From Phoronis australis (taxonomy: Eukaryota; Animalia; Phoronida): a stretch of 64,000 nt of DNA. A program made the position numbers and the translations under genes. Below, in pieces: positions 36,891 to 52,700 of this stretch. The stretch is from contig NMRA01000190.1 in NCBI GenBank assembly GCA_002633005.1, positions 549,157 through 613,156 of the forward strand, read 5' to 3'. Below the pieces are notes generated by a model. The model saw only the letters and a program-made list of their open reading frames with translations. It did no database searches and was not told where the DNA came from. Every line of letters starts with the position of its first letter. Position 1 is the first letter of the stretch.

Positions 36891-39267
36891 ACAGACTGGC
36901 TGATTGGCCACAGACATCGTTGTAGTTGTCTGTTGTGGTGATGCACAAACAAGATAAGTTGTGCTACAAGTCTATGCCTGCATTGTAAGCTAATAAGTCA
37001 TCGTCGTCTTTGTCGTCATACTGGACTTTGCCAATTAGTCTTTGTGGTGAAATTATTATCAAAAGGTGTCACTAGTTGTACCATGCTCATCCAGGTTAAT
37101 GCCCACCATCATTATTTAGAGTATCGAGACTTTCTTGAAAGCATCCAGTGTCTTTGTGTAAGCTCATCTCACAACAATTTTAGCTCTCGAAACATTAAAA
37201 ACTCACAGGCAAAGTTCTGTGGCACCTTGCCATATTCGGGGAATTACTTACTCTCCTGTGTTTTATGCACGCAACCCCTTTAGGGTAAATGCTGATCCCA
37301 ATTTCTCAAAACATTATTTTTGAACGCACAAAGTCGGCCTAATGCCCATCTCCCTGATTTATAGTTCCCCTATTGTAAGGCACTCTGGCTGTTAATCTGG
37401 ACATACACGGTAATTGCAATGTGGCGAGTGGTTACGAATGTGTTTAGTTGGTTTGGTGTACAATCTTGAATTGTCACTATGGGTGGGTATTGCCTGACTG
37501 ATTTTGAGGAAGTTCTGTGTTTCCTTAGTGTGTTGATTGTTTTCTTGACAAGGGATTTTTTGCGTGTGGCAATTGTGACAAAATTTATACATGTGTAACT
37601 ATTATGCCATTGGCCGTGGTGCAGAGCTGTATAAGTATATAAATGTGTTTTGATATTTAGTCGTACACAGCTTGCTGACTGGTTGTTATGCCATGTGACA
37701 TGTCTAAAGGCCTTCTCCTAAATCCAGTACTAGCAAAGCGACGACGTAAACTGCCAAGTTAACTTAGGCGTTCACTTTAACTTTGTAGTTACCGACGTTC
37801 AAATTATCGCTAGATGGCGTTATCATCATTGAAGTTATTGCAAAGTAGCATAATACGACCTTCACCTTTGTCGCAGCAGTGACCCCTGCTGATGCTTCGA
37901 TGTTAAGCCCACATGTTTGCCTTGATTCAATACCGAACTTAGATGTTCCTAAACACAAGCGTCGATCGTAGTACGATTTGGAAGGGCCTTTAAGCAAGCC
38001 TCATAAGTTGATACAGTGCTATAGGTAGTCCTTGTGATTTGTTTTATAACAATTCTGTGGTCAGGTGTTGTAAATAATCATGTAGCTCAGTATACAAATT
38101 CTGTGTTACTCATTCTCAATGCTCAAAATCAATTTGATGCTCTCCCAAATCTGTTATCTTGTGGTCTCTCAAGTGCTGTCCTCTGTTGTTGAAACGGTGG
38201 CTCTGGTTTAAAGTCTTTCTTCTCTGGAGTTTGTTATGTGGTTCTCATCTGGGAATCAATATGTTCCATCATTCTTTGTTGGTGATAATGATCATGTTTG
38301 TAATCCGACATACTGTAGTTGTTACTCAATATTAAATGCAACAATCCTCTCCGCAGTGATATTACTTATTCCTTGTGTCAATCATGTTCACTGTGCTTCT
38401 TATTGAGCAAACACCAATTACTGTATAATCTGCTTTCTAGCGTAGACTAGATGTCACCAACTAGTCGTTGGTGTGTGTATTAGCCTGGTCTCTGTGTGAA
38501 TTTTATCTTAAAAAAGTATTAACTTTTTAATTGTTTGTAAAAGTACCATTATCAATCTCATCTGTGAAGTACTCCAGGTTTATTATACACTTGGCTTCAT
38601 GCACCATAGTTAGACTGTACTGCCATCATGTGAACGGTTTATGATTACTTCAAGTTGTGACAGTTGAAGGTAGGATAGATTATTTATTGCCTGTTAAGTA
38701 ATATATAGCTGTGAGTGAAAAACCATTGTCCAATATATCATGTACATCGTCAGTTGTTGTGTCCGTAGTATTGCTGATGTTGAACTATCCACCATGATTA
38801 TCTAGTAGATCATCATGTGCGTTAGCAAACTTAGCAAAAAACCTGCCTTGAATGGAAACGCATTACTCTGACCACACTCTAGTGATTACTTTCTAAATGT
38901 TAAGAACGATTAAGCTTATTAATCCCCCTTGATAATTTAAACAGCTAGGAACAACACCTGCACGCATTGGTGTTCTGTTCAACATACTGTGGTGCCTGCA
39001 GCTGGCATATACTTCAACCACAGGAACAGGCAAATGTTCAAAAGTAGTGTCATCAGTTGTTTGGGCGACAAGGCAACTTCACGTATTATTCAATGTGCGT
39101 GTGCTAGAGTGTTTAAATTGTGCTTTCTTGTTGTTAAAGCAGTGCGTGGACCATCTGAATGGCCAAATACAACCAGAATAACCAAAGTATGTTAAAAGGC
39201 ATTTAACTAACCCTTGCTCTTTAAGTTCACTTAACTATCACACAGCAAGGTGAGAAACGCATTGTTT

Positions 39268-39622
39268 GGGGAGCGTTCACATATTACATCACCACTCCAG
39301 GGAGGGAAGGGGATTGGGAAAGACGGCAATTTATGATGAGGAGGGGGGTTAAACTTGGGGTGAGGTCATTGTGAGATTAATTAGAATATCTCCATCAGAG
39401 TATGATTTGAGAGCTGAAATAGTGTACTTTATTTCATTGCTCAATGTAACGCCAGCAAATGCAACTTTCAGTTATAAAAAGACACCAAGATGGAATGTTG
39501 GTTCTTTCAAAAACGGGGGTTGGCTGTGATGATGTAATTATATCATGATGACTGATGATGACAGAGGGGGGACGGTGGTAAAACTGGCAAATTTTCGTTG
39601 ACGTAATGTGTGAATACTCCTT
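39268..39622. mobile_element. MITE (PIF/Harbinger-like termini)
   Basis: Imperfect TIRs ggggagcgttcacatattacatca / tgacgtaatgtgtgaatactcctt with internal G-runs. Confidence 0.65.
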
Positions 39623-40762
39623 GATATTATGTTGACAAATCACTACAGAACGACGTTTTAAAGCTGACCTAAACACGAAAGATTTTGCTATCAGCTTGCA
39701 CTACTTCCACTGTTACTATGGCAACTGTAACAATTCCACTGCAAAATAATTTGAAGGTGAGTAACAAAACATTAGTCAGATTGAAGTTTAATTTTTTCTC
39801 AGCATTACCAGGAATGACATTTTGGCAACATCAATTTACAATTTACACAGCATTGCAAAATCGCAGGTTGGCTGCTAACAACACAAAAATGCAAATTATT
39901 TGATCAGCGCATAACATAAGACATTTCAATTATAGAAAATAAACTGTATCTAAAATAGATTTCTAATTAATGCTCTAGTTAATACTCTACAGGTTTCTAT
40001 ATTAAAGGATTGGTTTAAACGCAAGACGCTCTCAATCTTATTCTAATTACACATCCTAAATGCATAATTCTATCGCAACATAATGGAGAGTACTGATAAT
40101 CTTATTGCCACACTGACAATAGTCTGAATGGAGTTAGAAAAAGAACACGCAATGTAGCCAATCAATTTAACAGCCAAGACAAATATTTTACTCTCAGTTT
40201 TCCTTTTGTTTAACTTTGATCTACATTGTTTCTACATATGATTTGACACGTGGTATGGCATGTATTTCATCATTAATTTACCACACAATAGGTGGAATAG
40301 CACCATAAGATATTTGATGATTCACTAACCACATTATCATCATTCATACCAACACTTGCTCCAGCACCTACACACTTGGCAGCTTTCCTATAACCCATAA
40401 ACCCCACATAAAATGAACCTCGACCTTAATAAAGACTGACTTCTTACTGCGTCACAGACTTGGACACTACTAGCAAAACAACCCCTATGTTAAAAGTCTT
40501 GGTTTGCATACTTTTGCAATATGACGCACTAAATCCGTTTCAACTGATGACATGGTATCAAAATGCACAAAATTTAAAAAAGCACCATAAAGTCAAATTA
40601 CTGAATCTCGAAGTGGTGTCATTTCTTCCTTCCCACCAACAATCTTTCAAAAGTACCCCCAATATTTTCACAAACTTCCCCACAACCAATAAACCCTGTA
40701 TTAAGTGAAGCCTGTCTATAGCAACATTTTTTCCTGCCTGCTGCTCGAGAGAGCAGGACGGG

Positions 40763-43700
40763 TCAAGACTGACCAGAGTAAGGGATTATCTCCACCACAA
40801 CATAACCTTCTCTCTGTAAAGCTGTCTTCAGGGCAGCCTGGAAATAGAATATCGAATGAACACAAAAAGGTGCCAAAATGCCCTACACATGTAAATAAGA
40901 ATATCTTAGTAAAGAATACAGTTGTGGCTAACAGTGAGAACACTGTGTTAGTTCAATGGTAGTGAAAGCATATCAAGACAGTGGCCGTTTACTGGGCAGT
41001 TTAAAGTCAATTTCTACAGTCGCAAGGATAATAAATACACACCAGATGAACAATAAATTAATGCGAAAACGTGTCTATCCAAGATGAAGACAAATTTTTA
41101 GTCAAGGAAACGTAAAAAAACGGATGCTTTCCCTTTATTAAATTATTGAGAGACCCTGTCTGTCACTATTAAATAAAACATATTCAAGTTTCCAGAGTTC
41201 ATTTAATATTCAAAACCAATCACCAAACAAAAACATCCTTCCAGATTTGTACGTGCACTGTTCCTTTCATACAAGTGACCATCGTTTTAGAAAAAATCTC
41301 CCCAGCACGTTTTTTGACTTGATGAACCTCCCTTACTTTCCCCAAAGATCGGTATAATTGCTTGAAATGTAGCACAAATATGTGAGTGGCTTTGCGGACT
41401 ATGTGACTGAATTTGCAACAAGGATTTATATCATTCCTCTAAAAGTGTATCATTCCATGAACACAAATAGTATACAATTAAATCAATCAAATAATTTGAC
41501 TAGAGTTGTGAGAGTCCTAACCTACCATCTTGGAAGTGTCCAACTGGAGACCTACTACAGCGCCCCCACTGCCAGGAAACTTGACCGCCGATTGATGCTG
41601 CCTGGCTATTTCGACCGCATGAAGCATGGAGTTACCCACAACATCATCACCAAATAGCTGCCTGATGGGAAGAAAAAAGAGATTAAGACAAGTTGCGTAT
41701 AATTCTTGTAGACAAACACTGACATATAAAACTAGGTGAATCTTCAATTTTCAATAATGTTCTCAACTTAACACACTCATAGTTTTGAGACAGGCCACTT
41801 ATTCCGAAGTGATGCTTTTTCATGACAAAAACTGTATCGTTCAAAATAAACAATTTAGTACAGAGATTTCAACTTTTGGACTTCTGGTCGTGCATTAACA
41901 AAATTGGCCATAACAGTGGCATGACTGAGAATACAGTGGCGTGACTCTGAGCATACCTTTTTACACACTTAAAGGAGCATGCCACCCAAAAAACAACCTA
42001 ATTTGTATCAATTTAGATCGACTAGTTCTACTCCATAACGACACGTACGGTTGCGTTACCTGACACCTGACGGCAGACGGAGGTGTTGAAATTATCCAAT
42101 GACGTCATCGGTTTCACACGCAGTCTGTTCAGCAGTTCACAACACGGGTTACTGGTGTCAGCTTATCGCTTGAAGTCATCGTTTAACACCAATAAATNNN
42201 NNNNNNNNNNNNNNNNNNNNNNNNNNNNNNNNNNNNNNNNNNNNNNNNNNNNNNNNNNNNNNNNNNNNNNNNNNNNNNNNNNNNNNNNNNNNNNNNNNNN
42301 NNNNNNNNNNNNNNNNNNNNNNNNNNNNNNNNNNNNNNNNNNNNNNNNNNNNNNNNNNNNNNNNNNNNNNNNNNNNNNNNNNNNNNNNNNNNNNNNNNNN
42401 NNNNNNNNNNNNNNNNNNNNNNNNNNNNNNNNNNNNNNNNNNNNNNNNNNNNNNNNNNNNNNNNNNNNNNNNNNNNNNNNNNNNNNNNNNNNNNNNNNNN
42501 NNNNNNNNNNNNNNNNNNNNNNNNNNNNNNNNNNNNNNNNNNNNNNNNNNNNNNNNNNNNNNNNNNNNNNNNNNNNNNNNNNNNNNNNNNNNNNNNNNNN
42601 NNNNNNNNNNNNNNNNNNNNNNNNNNNNNNNNNNNNNNNNNNNNNNNNNNNNNNNNNNNNNNNNNNNNNNNNNNNNNNNNNNNNNNNNNNNNNNNNNNNN
42701 NNNNNNNNNNNNNNNNNNNNNNNNNNNNNNNNNNNNNACTGGCTAGCAGATAGTACACACTGGCTAGCAGATAGTACAGACTGGCTAGCAGATAGCACAC
42801 ACTGGCTGCTTGTTTCATGATCTCAATAACATTCTGTAACCAGGAAAATGAAGTCATGGTATTACTTGCGACTGGTGGATTTAGTCAACGAAATTCAGGA
42901 TTTCAGCAGAAAACTAATTCGTGAAAATATCGAATCTGCATCAATCAAGTTAATTCCCAGAGATCTTGCAGATCACATCAGAACATAATACAAAATACAC
43001 TAACAAATGAAGAAATTAGACAACACACTTTACCTTCGCAGGTTAAAGTTCTCATCCATTAGTTTAGCTACCTGTTCCCAGTCCTTGTTCTCGATGGCTG
43101 TTCTGAAAGGCGAACATTTAGCTTTAATAGTTTTAATAAACACCGAGTCAGCCATACAACAGTGTGACACAATGGAATTTTGAATGAAACATCAGGACAA
43201 GGACATGGTATGGCGCACTTCATAAAGTAACTGACAAGATTTGACATTCGCAATGTTGCAGGGTTAAAAGCGTGTAACCCATGGGGACTATATTATTACA
43301 ATGTAACATTAGGAATAACTACTACGACGTGCATTGCATGAGGACTACTTAGTAAACTGTAGCTCAAAAGTATAATAGATTGAAACGAAAGATAAACACC
43401 TGAACCGTGATTTGCGCAAACGCAATACAAAAATCGTATTATTTGAACATTTGTACAATTAAGTATTACTGAATTTGTTAAATGCACGACACTTTTCATT
43501 GTTTACAGTCTTTATTTCGTTATGTTCGTACTTTCGGAACAAAACTCTACTCTCAACTGAACATAGATACAGTAACTGACCTAGGGACATAATTAAAAGA
43601 CACACGATATTTCTCAAGTGAACATAAAATGACGCAGTAAAGCCACGACAGAGTGTAAGCTGATGACAAACGCATTGAGACACGGCGGGTTTGAAATACT

Positions 43701-46700
43701 GCACAGAATGACTAATGAATAGGGGTAACAGGAAAGACACACAAACAAGTGTAACGTGCAGCGCGACCCTGTTTGCTGCTCATTCAAAACAGGCTTCTCA
43801 AAAGCAATTAAAAGGGACTCTAATACTTTCAAACACAGCACATCTTGCTCAAAGTAGCGAATTGACGTGTTTTCCACAATTTCTTGATGGGTGATTTTAC
43901 GTGCATGACATTGCAGAAAATGATCTTGGATGGCGCCATTATAAAGATGCATGGATAACCGACGGGAAGACTGCAAAGTGTTGACATTTGAACGAAGACA
44001 TACATTCATAGGGCATACAAACTCATAAACAACATTACACTGTGCAACGGGGCGGACTTTCGCTTTAGTATTACTATTTGCATTTACAAATCAACAGAGC
44101 ACCCACCTAGCATTGTCAGTGAACTGGGCAAATGTCTTCATGTCACTAATCACATCTTGGTCCCCACTCTCCCACCTCTGGCGCACGTCACTGTGGATCT
44201 TCCCAGAATCCGATGGATCAGCAACATAGGCCAGCCAGAACATTGGCAACCCTGCCATGTCCAAGTTCATATAGTCCCCTGCCAAACAGAAGCCTGACAT
44301 TCAATACAGAGGGTACAATAAGAAATATGAACAAAAATAGTTGCAAAAATTGTACTTTTCCATTTTTCAAAAGGTCAGTGTTTATAAAATGCCTCGAGTT
44401 TCAACTTGTGTAGAGTATTGACAGCTGCACTGAAGTCTCAAGATGTGAAAACAGTGAACTTATATTCTTCCCGTCCATTGCTGTTGAGAAAAATGGACCT
44501 ACTGCAATTTCACAGTTCCGCTGTATTGTGTTAAAAATTTAGAAAGCTTAACATAGCTAGATTTTTGACAGGTATGCACAGACTGCCTGATGTGGTGCTC
44601 AAGACAGTTTCACTCATTTACATGCACACTTGATTGGGTACTATAGGTTAATTAAACAACCACAACATTACCACTGCAAAATGTTAAAGAAATGTAACAG
44701 CTTTTAAGCAAAGACAGACAATAGGCAAGTACTGGAACCAAGGTCCCATTCCAAAACACAAGATACTCGTGCAAGGAAGATAAGTAAAATCACATTGTGT
44801 GTTATCTCACCACTGTGCAAGAAACCAGCTTTACAGAATACAGACCTGATATGGGCCGAAGTCAAGGTTTACGTTAGAACTTAATTTTAATCTCAAAGCA
44901 TATTTTGCTCCCCTGTTTTTGAATTTTGAAGCAAAAGCAAAAATTTAAAAGCTTTAAAACAAACTTACAACAAAGAGTTACAAGCATTTTAATGTGGTTC
45001 TACTTTCAAAGTCTATAAGTAATGTTGGCACAACCAAGAGAATTTTGCCACTTAGCTTAACTGAGCTAAATTCAAACCCTGAGAGGGTGTTGCCTATCCC
45101 ATCTGATTGGTCCAGTCACTTACCGTAGCCCCGCCTCTCCATCAGATCTCTGTCAAAGTCCATATAAACCAGCCCCTCGTACACCTGGGCCACTCTATCC
45201 TGCAGACCAGCTGTGATGAACAACTCTTGCATTTCCACCTCCAATACAAAGTTGGGCTGTGATACTTTGGGCATGTCCTGTCGAAACAAGAGTGACACTT
45301 GTGAACGGGAAAAAGATAATTACACCATGGCTACATAACGCAGCTTGTCATGATAGACTATCTCAAGTAGTCAGCACATCTACTTTGAACAGTCAAAATT
45401 CCTGAGCAAAACAGCACATATTTGTTTAATAGCAGATTACATGCCATTTCACACCATTACAGATTTTCCTAACGAATCGAGAAACTTGTTTTCAATTTTT
45501 CGCTCTTTTGAGGGCCTATTCAAATCCATGATAATAGCATGACCAGTTTATGTACCCTCAGGTCTCCAAGATTGCATCAATCCAATTTTGTGTTATGATA
45601 AAAAATCAAAGCAATGTGAATTCGTTTTTCTATGTTACTCTTCGAGACGGAAAAAAAAAGTACTGTCAGTAACACACACACGCACACACACAATAAATTA
45701 GTAAAATCATACAGCTTATAACGTTTTGCAAATACCTCACTAGCTAACAATCACAACCTACTGTAACATTCTTACAAAATTCCAGTGAGGGATTATTGGA
45801 CGGTTAAACACTGAACATCTCAATATGGCCAGTCAGTCAAACACACATTAGTTGGCAAACTGTATCAGGTGGAAGCATTATTCTATTTAGTACGTGACGA
45901 AACAAAAGACTTGGAACACCAGTAAGTTATTGTTTTCCCTTTGGAGAACAATGCAACATGCCGACTTGACCTCAAATATTTAACACTATATTTTACTTAC
46001 ATTTTCGTTAAGGTTGAAGAAGTCCATGAGACATTTAAGAGTAGCGGTGACGATAGCACTACTTCCAGCCAAGCCCACTTGGCGGGGTATGTTAGTGTCA
46101 TACTTCAAGGTAAAGTTACGCTTGGCCAGGGCAATTCTAGAGATACAAGAATGTCCAATTGTTATAAAAGACATGACTGGACACGATAACAAGCATTAAG
46201 GCTGCCATGAACTTGCTTTCTGTCAAAAATAGCTTGCTATACTACTTGATCTCACACTGTTGGGCATGACCTGGCTTATACACAAAGCATCTTGAAACAT
46301 CGAACTGCCAGCTTTTCCCAAGCCAAGAAATAACTTCTAATCTACGCTGAGACCAGCTTTATTATAATGGCAAAAGGTTTTCAATAAAAGTTAGGCTTTC
46401 TTGACAAAAGGTTTGTTCATAGCAGTTTTAAAGGAGCTTTCCTGATGATTCCCATTTCTCAAGACAGTGTACAAATGACTTCCTCTCCCCAAATGTGCAC
46501 AAAAATGCATATATTTTTATAGGCCAGTGTTTGTTTACATAAATTATATAAATGCTTCAAACATAGATGTTACCTTGAAACAATTCTGTTTGTGGTGGGA
46601 GAATTCAAATTTCAAATAATAAGCCAATGCATTTCGTCTTCTCGCATTTACTGCACGCTACACGAAAGCCCAACCCTGTCTTTCCGTTTACAAGATTAGT

Positions 46701-49700
46701 AAAATTTTTCATTTCAAGATATTTGGATAGCCAGGAGGAAATATAAAGGTTCTTATTATGAACCAATGTAAGTGTACCCTTCATTTACAATTAATACTGA
46801 CCATAAACTGAACTGAAATTGACAGTCTCTCCAAACAACCGACACACAGTATGGTGATTCTAACTCCACACATAAACAATTGCCAAAATCATAATTCAAC
46901 CTTTAAAAGGCTGATTATTGTGCTATAAATAATCAGATTATTACACAATTTTGTCCAATAACAACTTACTCGTTTGATGAAATATTAAAAAAAAAAAACA
47001 AATTTGTAGTCAAGTTGTGTTCTAAACAGCTACAGAAGTACCATTACCGCACAACGGTTGTGTATGAGGGACCGTGTCAAAACAGTTCATAGAACACAGT
47101 TGTCACTAAATAAAATTATATACCAACCCCTTCTGCGAACAGTACTGGTAGAATTTCTTGCAGGTAGCCTGAAGCAAACGCAGTCCTCCAAGATACCTGG
47201 GGAAATATCAGAACACAAGGTCAAGTTCCACAAGCATTATGTCGAGACCAGAGGTGGTGATCAGACTTAAAAGCAGTCATGCCTTCTAATATTGAAAAAA
47301 ATTCTGTACGAAAATATGGTAACTACACTGCATGTGATTTGCTATTCAGGATGAATGAGTGGAGGTTCACACAGCGTGAAGCATTACATGAGATCAAGCA
47401 GTGACATCACATGCTGAACATTTATTCCGCTTTTCCACTTTTCTGTCTTTCACTTTATGGTTCTATTATGTTTTTTCATGCTGTTTTTATGAAAGGACAA
47501 AATCTATTTTTGTAGTTATGTGACGAAGTTTTAATTCATGGTCAAATGACAGAATGTCTTTAGCTAGACCATGACATGAAGTTTTCCTTCTCTGGATCTT
47601 CTTAGCCTATGGTAGACATGAAATTTAGCTCGGTTGCAATAAGCAATTTGCAATTTGCATCGGTTTCAAAATGGACCAGGTGTCATTATCAATGCTTCAT
47701 CCATTGGCATGAACACGGAATAATCAATACTTTTGGGCTCTATTTTGGAAAAACTGATATGTACTCTAAATGCTGTTTAAAAGTTAAACACAAATGAAGC
47801 AAATAGATTTAAGAGCCTTGTTCAATGACAACAACAAAAATCACCCCTGACTGAGTGATGGACTCACCCTTCCTTCTGGCTAATTCCATGCAGGTCTGCT
47901 AAACTTCCAAACTCTGTCGGGTCATTAAGGGGGTGCGGAACTAGAACCTGTTTGGAATTATTTGAACACTCTAAGAAAGCGCACACACTACATGAGTTAC
48001 TCCTATAATTTTTACCCCACCTCACATTCATGCGACTCAACAATGGTGCTATTATACAACAACATACAACGAAGGTTACAACAATTCTACATCGAAAAAC
48101 AAATTTAAAAAGTACAAGCAAACAACAGGCTACATGTAATCTATCTCTATAGTTCTCCATTTCAGTGAACAAGGAATACATAGATTGCTGACAAGGTGCA
48201 ATGCGTACTAATAATAAGAAACATCTTCAATTCTGGCAACAATTATCAAAGTTACACTTAAGCTTGCAAAGACCACAGTATCAATTTGGGAAAAATTTAA
48301 TTGCTCCTATTTCTGTTTTGCCATTTTTCAAATTCTTACTTCCGTGCTGCAAATGCTCAAATTCTATCTAATTTCGTTTAACAGCAGAAGTACAACAGAC
48401 TGTCCACAGTGAAGTAAAACCTTTGAATGTTGAAAACTATCAAAATAAAATAACTGTTCCACCACCATTTTGTTTACTAAACTACAGAATGTGTGCAGGA
48501 CTTCAGGTGAAGACAGGACAACTCACCAAATGTTCACTCTCTGTGATGGTCACTTCAGCCCAGAAGTTGCTAATAGACATGGCTATAGTCTTTCCGTAAT
48601 AGCCATCAGATGGATTACCCATGAGGCCAACCCTGAAATGGTCACTTCAAATCAAAATTATATTTTCCAAGTAACAAGTAAGAATTCATTTAGAACTAAA
48701 GTTGGAAAGTTTAAAACTTTTTTTTCAGATATTTTGCCTTTTATTAAAAGGCGTCACAGGAATCTGAAGTTCACCAGGTGGCGCTTGCAAAACAAAAATC
48801 CCACTCATAGAAATGCACGCATTTAGCCAACAGCATAGATTGCACATAAACCATACCTAGCATACGCTCTCCTACAGATGGCGTGGTTATGTCTCTCAGC
48901 CGCCACTCTCTCTGCAAACAGCTTTAACCACAGTTCGTAGTCTTTAAGTCCCTGCAAAAAATTCAATATTCAACAAGTTACAAACGACACTAACTTGCAA
49001 CATAATAACAAGACGTGCAACATGGTGCTTTGAATGATCAGATTAATACGATTCATCAAGAGTACTTGACGCAGCTGTGCAGAGGTCCTCCATGAGAGTA
49101 ATATTTAACATCAAATCAAATCTTTAGTGAAATTACGCTGAGCTTTGTAATTGGTTGCTAAAGCTACTAGGAGGTACAACTGCCTCATTCATTGCAGCTT
49201 GACAAGAAAACATTAGTTTCGAAACATCACCAACTGTTAATTTAATTTGAATTAGTCAAACTGCTCACAAATCTGTTGCACGCACATGAGCCTAAATGTT
49301 ATAACCTGCAACATATGGTGTTTCAGATGCAGAAAAGTCAGGATTTTCAACAAAAATTAAAGGAATTAAAGGGTTAATGAGCATGAAACTACAACAAAGT
49401 TAAAGTTTAACACACACTAAAGATGGTCTGCGAGGAGTTGTTTAATATTAAACAATGAGTACCATACCAACATCTAACAAATCAAAGTAACTGTACTATT
49501 GAATTGTGTTCCAATTATATGAAGTGAATTTAAACAAAACCATGTGCATCACATGAGATGTAGTTTGGTGTTCTGCTGAACAATTATTGAATAATTGAGT
49601 GCAATTTGTGGTAATAACGGAATTTAAAGCACATTGTTGAACTCACCACTTGTCCAATCAGTTGAAAGCCTGTTGGTAACTTCATGCCATACACCTTGCT

Positions 49701-52700
49701 CCTCTCTGACTCTATCAGCCATTTCTAGACAAACAGTAATTCACAAAAGTTAACAAAGGTCGGTAGCTTCAGTGATAAAGTTTGCGAAAATGTGTTATAT
49801 GCTACAAGACATGAAATGTAAAAATTTTGGCAACAAAGAAATCTATGCTTCACATTATGCATGTCCTGAAAATAAAATCTTGACCTCCACTTTTCCCATA
49901 TTTGAGCAAAGCAAGAAGAGCTACTTGTCAATTGACCTATCACCTGTACTTTGAGTGATGACTTAACTGACCAATCAGAACGCAGCATCCTTGACACAGT
50001 TTCGTTTCCAAGCCACCATTTTACCCGACAAACAACACACTGTCAGGTAAAACTTGTCATTGGCTTGTCGGGTGTCACGTTACTTTTCACGAAGGGCGGA
50101 GCTAGCGATAGGTCAGTTAGAGAAAGGAGCGTAGTTAGTGTTTCCTCACTGGTTGCTAACAAATCTTCCATAATCATACAATTTATCCAACAAAAACCTA
50201 GCAATTTATGTATCAATCAAATAACTTTACTAAGCTATTATTATCATGAAAACTTAATTGCTGCAAGTTTTTGCATCCAATATTTTAACTTCTATCCGAA
50301 AAATTCGAGGACCCAACCCAATGCTACCCATATTTTGCCCCTAAAAGACAGGGTGCAGTTGGCCTACCATATACAGTCCGAAATTCCTGTGAGCAGCATC
50401 AGGCCAGTTGTCCAGGTAGGAAGTTATGGTTGGCAAAGTCTGCCTTCTCAGACAGTAGAACACCACGCTTGCTAGACGCGACGATGTCTCGCCAGTCTCA
50501 GGCTTCTCATAGAAATTCACAATTCTGGAAAATAACGCACGGCGTAACCAGCCATGACTGAATGGCGTTCTTGTTTTTTTAGGAGCTCAATAATGAACAG
50601 GAGGGCAGGTGCAGATCAGGAACCATGTCCAGAGCAGGGATTAATAACATACAGTCACAAGGGCACATGATATTCCTCCATAAGGCTGTCACAGATTACA
50701 CAGACACACTTGAATCTCTCTGTATTTAACCGCAACGCCGTAAATATCCATCAATCACATTTGCTGCCTCGTTTTCGTGCCACTGGAGTTTCACATGCTA
50801 TTTGTTGTTGTTTACAAGTTTTTCTCGGTTTCATTACTCTATTCATCCTTCCAATGTCAAGGAAGTATTACTGTTGACACTGCTGTGGGCTGCAGCTCAG
50901 ATGTGAGAAAGTTTGATAAACTGGATAAATACCCGTGGATGTCTGATGTAAAATTCTTCACCTTCCCAATATCAATGAGACACGAAAATGTGCCTGGCTT
51001 CCAAAATAAGGTCACACGCTTTCTTCTCTCCGGGACAAAACTGTATTGCTGTGTAATCTGGGACGGCCCAATTGAGGCAATACATACTGACTGTACCCCT
51101 TGCATCCCACAGATTCTGAAGCTAAAACATCCACACCACACTAATTAGATAAGGTCAAAGCCATAAACTATGAAGAAATCCTGTTATTGGCTATAGATCT
51201 TCCCCTTGAAATAATAAATAAACTCCATTCAGTTCACAGTATTATTACGTGTCATTGGAACGATAACCTGCCATATTAAAAAAATCCAAACGAAGGATTC
51301 CACCATACAACATGAGCCAAAACAGAGATTTTCAAAAATGGCACTCCATAAGAGGACAGCACAGTTGTTTTAAATCTGAGCAGAAAATAAATATACTATG
51401 CCACAAATTTCCAGACTCTTGTACAATGTTCCGAACTATGGAGTCATTTGAGAGTACCTACAATGAACAACCACCTAGGAGACATACACCAAGAATAAAG
51501 GTACGTATGTGATGATGTCACCATTATGAGGTAGAGTTAAAGCCACGATGACAATCATTACCTACTACTATCCTGTTCTAGCTCCACAATGCCTCGACTA
51601 GCTGTGCGCTCAGACGGCTCCATGGTGTAATATATTGCCAAGTCGCCATCTTTCTTCACTCTGAAGTAGTTTATCACCTGTGACATGTCAAACTTGTCAT
51701 CCTGGAACAGCATGTCTCCTGCGACCTGCAAATGTCAATCAAATTAAGTCACTACATGAATGTGAAGTATGATCGAGAGAGAATTGTAACATTCAATTCT
51801 GCCTAATCTTGGAAGTGATTTAGGGTTAGCTTCTTAGTCTGGTTTCATTCATGGTAGAACTGAAATACAATAATTAAAAAATACAGAAAAATTCTTCATT
51901 TCGCGACAAAGAAATTTATTAATTTTGTTCAATCTCTGACAGTGTACCAAATTTTAGAAACAAGCAATATTGACTGTCCCAAATTCAAGAATTAGGAACA
52001 ACGACATAGGGACTCGTAAAAATGCTGCATCTTCAGTTTTCAAAACGCTCAGAAATTGCAAAGTATATTTTCAAACTTTGTTGATACAAATTGTAGAGTC
52101 CAAAATGATAAACTCCAAAATCGCCAATGTCACAATCTTCAATTTCATCATTCCACATTTTGGAAACAGTTCCTAACTAGAAAATGTTTAGTGTACTGTA
52201 TTTTTACATGATTTAATACTATAAAGCAAAATGTCAGAAAAGTAATGGCAAGACAGATCTGGATGGTAACAGAGGTTTTTGTCACCTAAGTTTAGGAAAG
52301 TTTCAAATGAGTTGAATATTGCTTATGCAATTAAATAATCATGAAACAAGTGGAAAAACATTGTTGATCAGCTACTAAGGATTTCTAAACAAACTGAAGC
52401 AGGGATGTTGTCTAAAACAGATCAGGTAAATAGGGACTGAGTTCAATTAACAGTGATGTTGGACATGAAACATGCCAAGTTAAGTGAATGGATACAAACA
52501 AGATACATTACCAAGTTTACAACTTGTCTTATGACATTACAAGTATTTCTGACCAGGCATCAAATCTGACCAACGTACCACCAGAATGTCATCCTGAACA
52601 TGCTTCATACGGATAACCAATTCCAGATCAGCAACTGCTCCGAGTCTATAGATTAAAGCAAAATGTGACATAATTCAACTTTTTTAATTTCCTTAGTTAA

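Noticed and set aside
42083-42857. ORFs across the second gap (WLADSTH repeats)
   Set aside because: An N run plus a 21-bp minisatellite; no coding evidence.
48771-48786. CTCF-like motif caccaggtggcgct, and RFX X-boxes at ~35753 and ~39712
   Set aside because: Isolated motif matches with no supporting context.
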